Positions 37,429 to 41,294 of a stretch of 41,294 nucleotides of DNA are shown here, in pieces; position 1 is the first letter of the stretch, and every line of letters starts with the position of its first letter. Below the pieces are notes generated by a model. It saw only the letters and a list, made by a program, of their open reading frames with translations. It was not told the DNA's origin and did no database searches. The DNA is from Myxococcales bacterium. Its GTDB lineage: Bacteria > Myxococcota_A > UBA9042 > JABWCM01 > BTVJ01. The DNA lies in the NCBI GenBank assembly GCA_045863395.1, contig BTVJ01000064.1, positions 1 through 41,294 on the forward strand. The letters run 5' to 3'. Made by a program: the position numbers and the translations under genes.

Positions 37429-39180
37429 GTGGGACGGGATTGCGGAGCAGCAGGCGCGACAGCGGGCTCAGTCAGCCCTCCGGGTGCGCGAGGGCACCAC
37501 GGGCCACCAGGCGACGCAGAGCACGCAGACGAAAGGCGCGGGCCACGGCTCCTGCGGTCGCAACCGGGCGCGCATCCCTTCGCGGGCGCCCCGGAGTACG
37601 ACGATGCCGCAGCAGTGATCGGCGCAGAGGAGCCCAGCACGCGACGTCATACCGGGGACCTCGACCCCTCGGACGATGACGCGGCAGCAGCGACCGGCGC
37701 GGAGGAGCCCCGAACGTGGAGGGAACTGCAGGGTGTGCTGGCAGCCGCGCACGTCCTGTTCGGGGCGACGCGCACGGGCGCGGCGCAGCGCGCTCTGGAG
37801 GACTTCCACGGTGTCCTCATGCGCATCCCGCACGAAGGCTGCCGGGACCCGTCATCGCTCTGTCGCCGACTCAGGGACAAGTCGGAGATCTGTCCAAGCC
37901 GGATGCGCGCGTGGGTCGCTGCGGCCATTGGGACCGCGGCCGGGGACTCGGCCTCCCTCCCCTCAGCGTCCCTCTTCCGACGACCCGACGACCTGCTCCT
38001 GGACTTGAGGGAGGTGGAAGCGCTGGCGCATCGCAACCGGCGGTCGTGGTCACCCACGCTCGGCGCCGACCTCCAGCAGGCGGCCCGCCGCGCCGTGAGC
38101 GTGGCCATCGACCGCAAGGCGGCGCTTTGCCGCTCACGGCGTCCTCGCCGCGCCGGCAGCGGAGTTGTGCCGGACCTTGATCGCGTCGCATCGTGGCTCA
38201 GTGACCACCCCAAAGTTCATCGCATGGACCACGCTTCGTTCGTATACGAGCGCATCGACACCATCTGCGAGGTTCTCGACAGGACCCTGGACCGTGGCGC
38301 CCACGCCCCGCTCGCGGCCATGGCATCGGCAGCGGCGCCCCACCTGATGGTGCTCGAGCGCACGGCCATCCTCCGCCGCCTCGCGGAGGCCGTGTCAATG
38401 ACCAGCGCGGACGGGACCCGCACGTGTACCGCCCTTTGGGCCCTGACGGACCTCGTCGGAGCGCACCTATATAAGGATGGCGACCTTGACCAGCTCGGCC
38501 ACGCGGTCCTCAACGACGATGTGAAGCGCTGTATCGAGGACCAAGCGCACGGGGTGGAGGCGCGCGCAAGAGACACCGCAACGGCATCCAAGAGCCGCGC
38601 GCTCCGCCCCATCCTCCTCGCCGTCGCAGCCTTCGAGCGACTGCGTGGACTGACCGCGCATCGCGCCGGGGCCGACCTCCACGTCGTTCTGCACCACCTG
38701 TCCCGCGCCAAAGCACACGCGCTCGATGCATCCCACGAGACCTTGCAGGTCGCCCTCGTAGCAGACGAGTCCGTGGTGCGCCGCGCCCACGGACAGACGG
38801 CGGAGGCCATCGCGTCGCTGGCCCGGGCCCTCGTCATCGCCAGAGGGCACCGCAACCACCGCATGCGCTTCGTCCTTCATCGCGAAGCCGCCTACACCTG
38901 CGCACAGCACGGAGCCCCGCTCCTCGCCCTGGAACACGCCTCGCTGGCGCACGAGACCCTGGACATCATCGACGACCTGTGCGAGATCCAGGTCCAGGGC
39001 CGCATGCGCCCCGGGTGGTACCAGCCCAGCTTCCGCGCAGAGCTGAAGAGGCTCTACGCAGACCTCGAAGGAGCGGGCGTCGCAGTCGAAGCGCTGCAAG
39101 CATCCCACCCCGCCGCCGCCGAGAGCCGTCGTCCGGAAGCACCGACCGACGGCTCGAGGCGTTCCCAACTGAACCGCTAG
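37429..39180 (+). CDS. Hypothetical alpha-helical protein (TPR-like C-terminal half); start uncertain
   Basis: Long ORF that fills the gap between the operon and the CRISPR leader; Ala/Leu-rich helical repeats (AEAIASLARALVIAR, LALEHASLAHETL). Confidence 0.55.
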   Translation: MGRDCGAAGATAGSVSPPGARGHHGPPGDAEHADERRGPRLLRSQPGAHPFAGAPEYDDAAAVIGAEEPSTRRHTGDLDPSDDDAAAATGAEEPRTWRELQGVLAAAHVLFGATRTGAAQRALEDFHGVLMRIPHEGCRDPSSLCRRLRDKSEICPSRMRAWVAAAIGTAAGDSASLPSASLFRRPDDLLLDLREVEALAHRNRRSWSPTLGADLQQAARRAVSVAIDRKAALCRSRRPRRAGSGVVPDLDRVASWLSDHPKVHRMDHASFVYERIDTICEVLDRTLDRGAHAPLAAMASAAAPHLMVLERTAILRRLAEAVSMTSADGTRTCTALWALTDLVGAHLYKDGDLDQLGHAVLNDDVKRCIEDQAHGVEARARDTATASKSRALRPILLAVAAFERLRGLTAHRAGADLHVVLHHLSRAKAHALDASHETLQVALVADESVVRRAHGQTAEAIASLARALVIARGHRNHRMRFVLHREAAYTCAQHGAPLLALEHASLAHETLDIIDDLCEIQVQGRMRPGWYQPSFRAELKRLYADLEGAGVAVEALQASHPAAAESRRPEAPTDGSRRSQLNR

Positions 39181-39363
39181 CCTCCGCGAACGCCCAAACG
39201 GGGGGTATGCTAGCGAAAGAAGGAAGTCATGTTATTTCAATCGGATAGCATCCCCAGAGGCACTTCGCTGCTATGAAAGACTTGCGCACTCGGGGCAAAG
39301 TCGGGCACATTAGCGCTGGAGCCGACGCGCAGTGGCTTGGTGCAAGGGCGCGAAGAGGTGGCT
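39181..39363 (+). promoter_or_regulatory. CRISPR leader
   Basis: Non-coding, relatively AT-rich stretch before the first repeat, with an IHF-like TATGAAAGACTTG at 39272-39284 (one mismatch to WATCAANNNNTTR). Confidence 0.7.
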
Positions 39364-41294
39364 CCTGGAGGGGGGGCGCCCGCTACGAGGGCATTGAGAC
39401 CGATGATCATGTCCTTCTTGTAGTACGTCTTCTGCTTGTGACCTGGAGGGGGGGCGCCCGCTACGAGGGCATTGAGACACGGAAGGAATGTGCTAGTTGG
39501 CGGGGAGTTGGTCGTCCCTGGAGGGGGGGCGCCCGCTACGAGGGCATTGAGACTACCTGGCTTTTGTCAGCCAGAATAACGGCTACTTCGAAACCTGGAG
39601 GGGGGGCGCCCGCTACGAGGGCATTGAGACCCGAGGACCGTGACGTCGGCGGCGGCGGCGGCGGGACAGCCTGGAGGGGGGGCGCCCGCTACGAGGGCAT
39701 TGAGACACCTTGACCTCGGGCGCGGGCGGGGGAGCGGCCTTGATCCTGGAGGGGGGGCGCCCGCTACGAGGGCATTGAGACTCGAGGATTTCGCCGCGCT
39801 TGCTGCTGCACCGCCAGAAGTACCTGGAGGGGGGGCGCCCGCTACGAGGGCATTGAGACCCCGCGCACTTGCCGCCGATGCAGGCGTCCGCATCGGTCCT
39901 GGAGGGGGGGCGCCCGCTACGAGGGCATTGAGACGATGATGAAGAGAAGAACGGCCACGACGAGAAGGATCCTGGAGGGGGGGCGCCCGCTACGAGGGCA
40001 TTGAGACACTGCGGTGCGGGCGTCTGCGGTGCGGGCGTCTGCGACCCTGGAGGGGGGGCGCCCGCTACGAGGGCATTGAGACCGTCGGGTGTCGCATGAC
40101 AACCCGACTTTTTTGTTGAGAACCTGGAGGGGGGGCGCCCGCTACGAGGGCATTGAGACACACAATCCCACTCCGAACACCCTTGTTCGGAGAGAGAACC
40201 TGGAGGGGGGGCGCCCGCTACGAGGGCATTGAGACTGCTGACAGTGAAAATGCGGTACGTTGCCATCTGACTTCCCCTGGAGGGGGGGCGCCCGCTACGA
40301 GGGCATTGAGACCGATCGTACATCTCGAAGGCCACGATGATGATGGCGATGAACCTGGAGGGGGGGCGCCCGCTACGAGGGCATTGAGACCCGGGCCTTA
40401 ACGAGGGTGCAAAAGAAACAATGAACAACCTGGAGGGGGGGCGCCCGCTACGAGGGCATTGAGACCCGCGAGCGACACTGCTCACGAGCGGTTGGTCGAA
40501 CCAACCTGGAGGGGGGGCGCCCGCTACGAGGGCATTGAGACCGACACCCGGGATGCCCTGCGCGCCGTCCTTGCCGTCCCCTGGAGGGGGGGCGCCCGCT
40601 ACGAGGGCATTGAGACACGATGTGGACGACTTCGAGAAGCAGGAAGGTCATCCATCCTGGAGGGGGGGCGCCCGCTACGAGGGCATTGAGACGAAACGGA
40701 CACCCCAACCACGGCGTCGTTGCCTGGTCGGGCCTGGAGGGGGGGCGCCCGCTACGAGGGCATTGAGACCTATATAAACCGCATCAGGAGTTTCTTTCGG
40801 CAGTCTCCTGGAGGGGGGGCGCCCGCTACGAGGGCATTGAGACACTTTGCCCCGATTCGATTGACCCGCCATTCTTCGCAACCTGGAGGGGGGGCGCCCG
40901 CTACGAGGGCATTGAGACGCGGGGTGGGGCCAGCTACAGGTTGTGCTGGCAGCCCCAGGCCTGGAGGGGGGGCGCCCGCTACGAGGGCATTGAGACAGAC
41001 GCGCAGGGGCCCGGGGACCACGTGGTACCCGGAAACGCCTGGAGGGGGGGCGCCCGCTACGAGGGCATTGAGACGTAGGTCGCCCCGAACGCCAGGAGCT
41101 CCTCGACCGTCGACCTGGAGGGGGGGCGCCCGCTACGAGGGCATTGAGACCCTTGATGTCGCGCAAGTCGGCCTCCATCCGACTCGTGTCCACCCTGGAG
41201 GGGGGGCGCCCGCTACGAGGGCATTGAGACGCTGAAGAAATCCTCGCCGCCCCACCACAGGGGCCTCGTCCTGGAGGGGGGGCGCCCGCTACGA
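39364..41294 (+). CRISPR. CRISPR array; repeat CCTGGAGGGGGGGCGCCCGCTACGAGGGCATTGAGAC (37 nt), 25 full repeats plus 1 partial, 25 spacers of 36-43 nt; truncated by the window end
   Basis: Identical repeats from 39364 to 41230, partial copy from 41270. The GCCC/GGGC stem followed by the 8-nt ATTGAGAC handle, and the leader position, give + orientation. Confidence 0.99.

Noticed and set aside
40236..40275. Spacer 12 (GTGAAAATGCGGT) resembling 23S rRNA
   Set aside because: The similarity is only about 10 nt and the flanks do not fit. The reverse strand reads as a gene start (MATYRIFTV).
39273..41235. ORFs with repeating WRGGARYEGIET or SQCPRSGRPPSR peptides
   Set aside because: These are translations of the CRISPR repeats.
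39401..41269. Self-targeting of genes within this window
   Set aside because: I found no spacer match in the window by eye; this needs a proper alignment to exclude.

Overview
This is a very GC-rich bacterial window that looks like Myxococcota, judging from Cys-rich CGDGxC-repeat lipoproteins, a MYXO-CTERM-like tail and an FHA-type sigma54 activator. Bases 1-29.9 kb are mostly housekeeping and envelope genes: M17 aminopeptidase, ccsA and a ResB-like gene, an orphan HExxH protein, S9 peptidase, ABC transporters, acyl-CoA ligase, coaBC, class V aminotransferase, M15 peptidase, desaturase, a Lol-like ABC/LolA-like/barrel operon, and bolA-grxD. From about 30 kb there is a defence island. One tightly packed minus-strand operon reads: small 82-aa peptide, E2 (Cys), JAB+E2-like, ThiF/E1, small membrane protein, RT-primase-polymerase fusion (CART-CAPP-like), cas1, cas2. 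A divergent unknown helical ORF follows, then a leader and a CRISPR array (37-nt repeat, 25 full copies plus one partial) that runs off the window end. The key observation is that a ubiquitin-like conjugation module with no beta-grasp Ubl sits in the same operon as an RT/primase CRISPR adaptation module. A short H-x-W-[G/A] motif recurs in the small peptide (MKDHEWGG), at the E2 N-terminus (MRAHVWA) and as the extreme C-terminus of the RT-primase (VTNHEWA-stop). This suggests the adaptation enzyme is itself the conjugated substrate, much as the CD-NTase is in type II CBASS. No searches were run: family calls rest on motif recognition, and the mechanism is a hypothesis.
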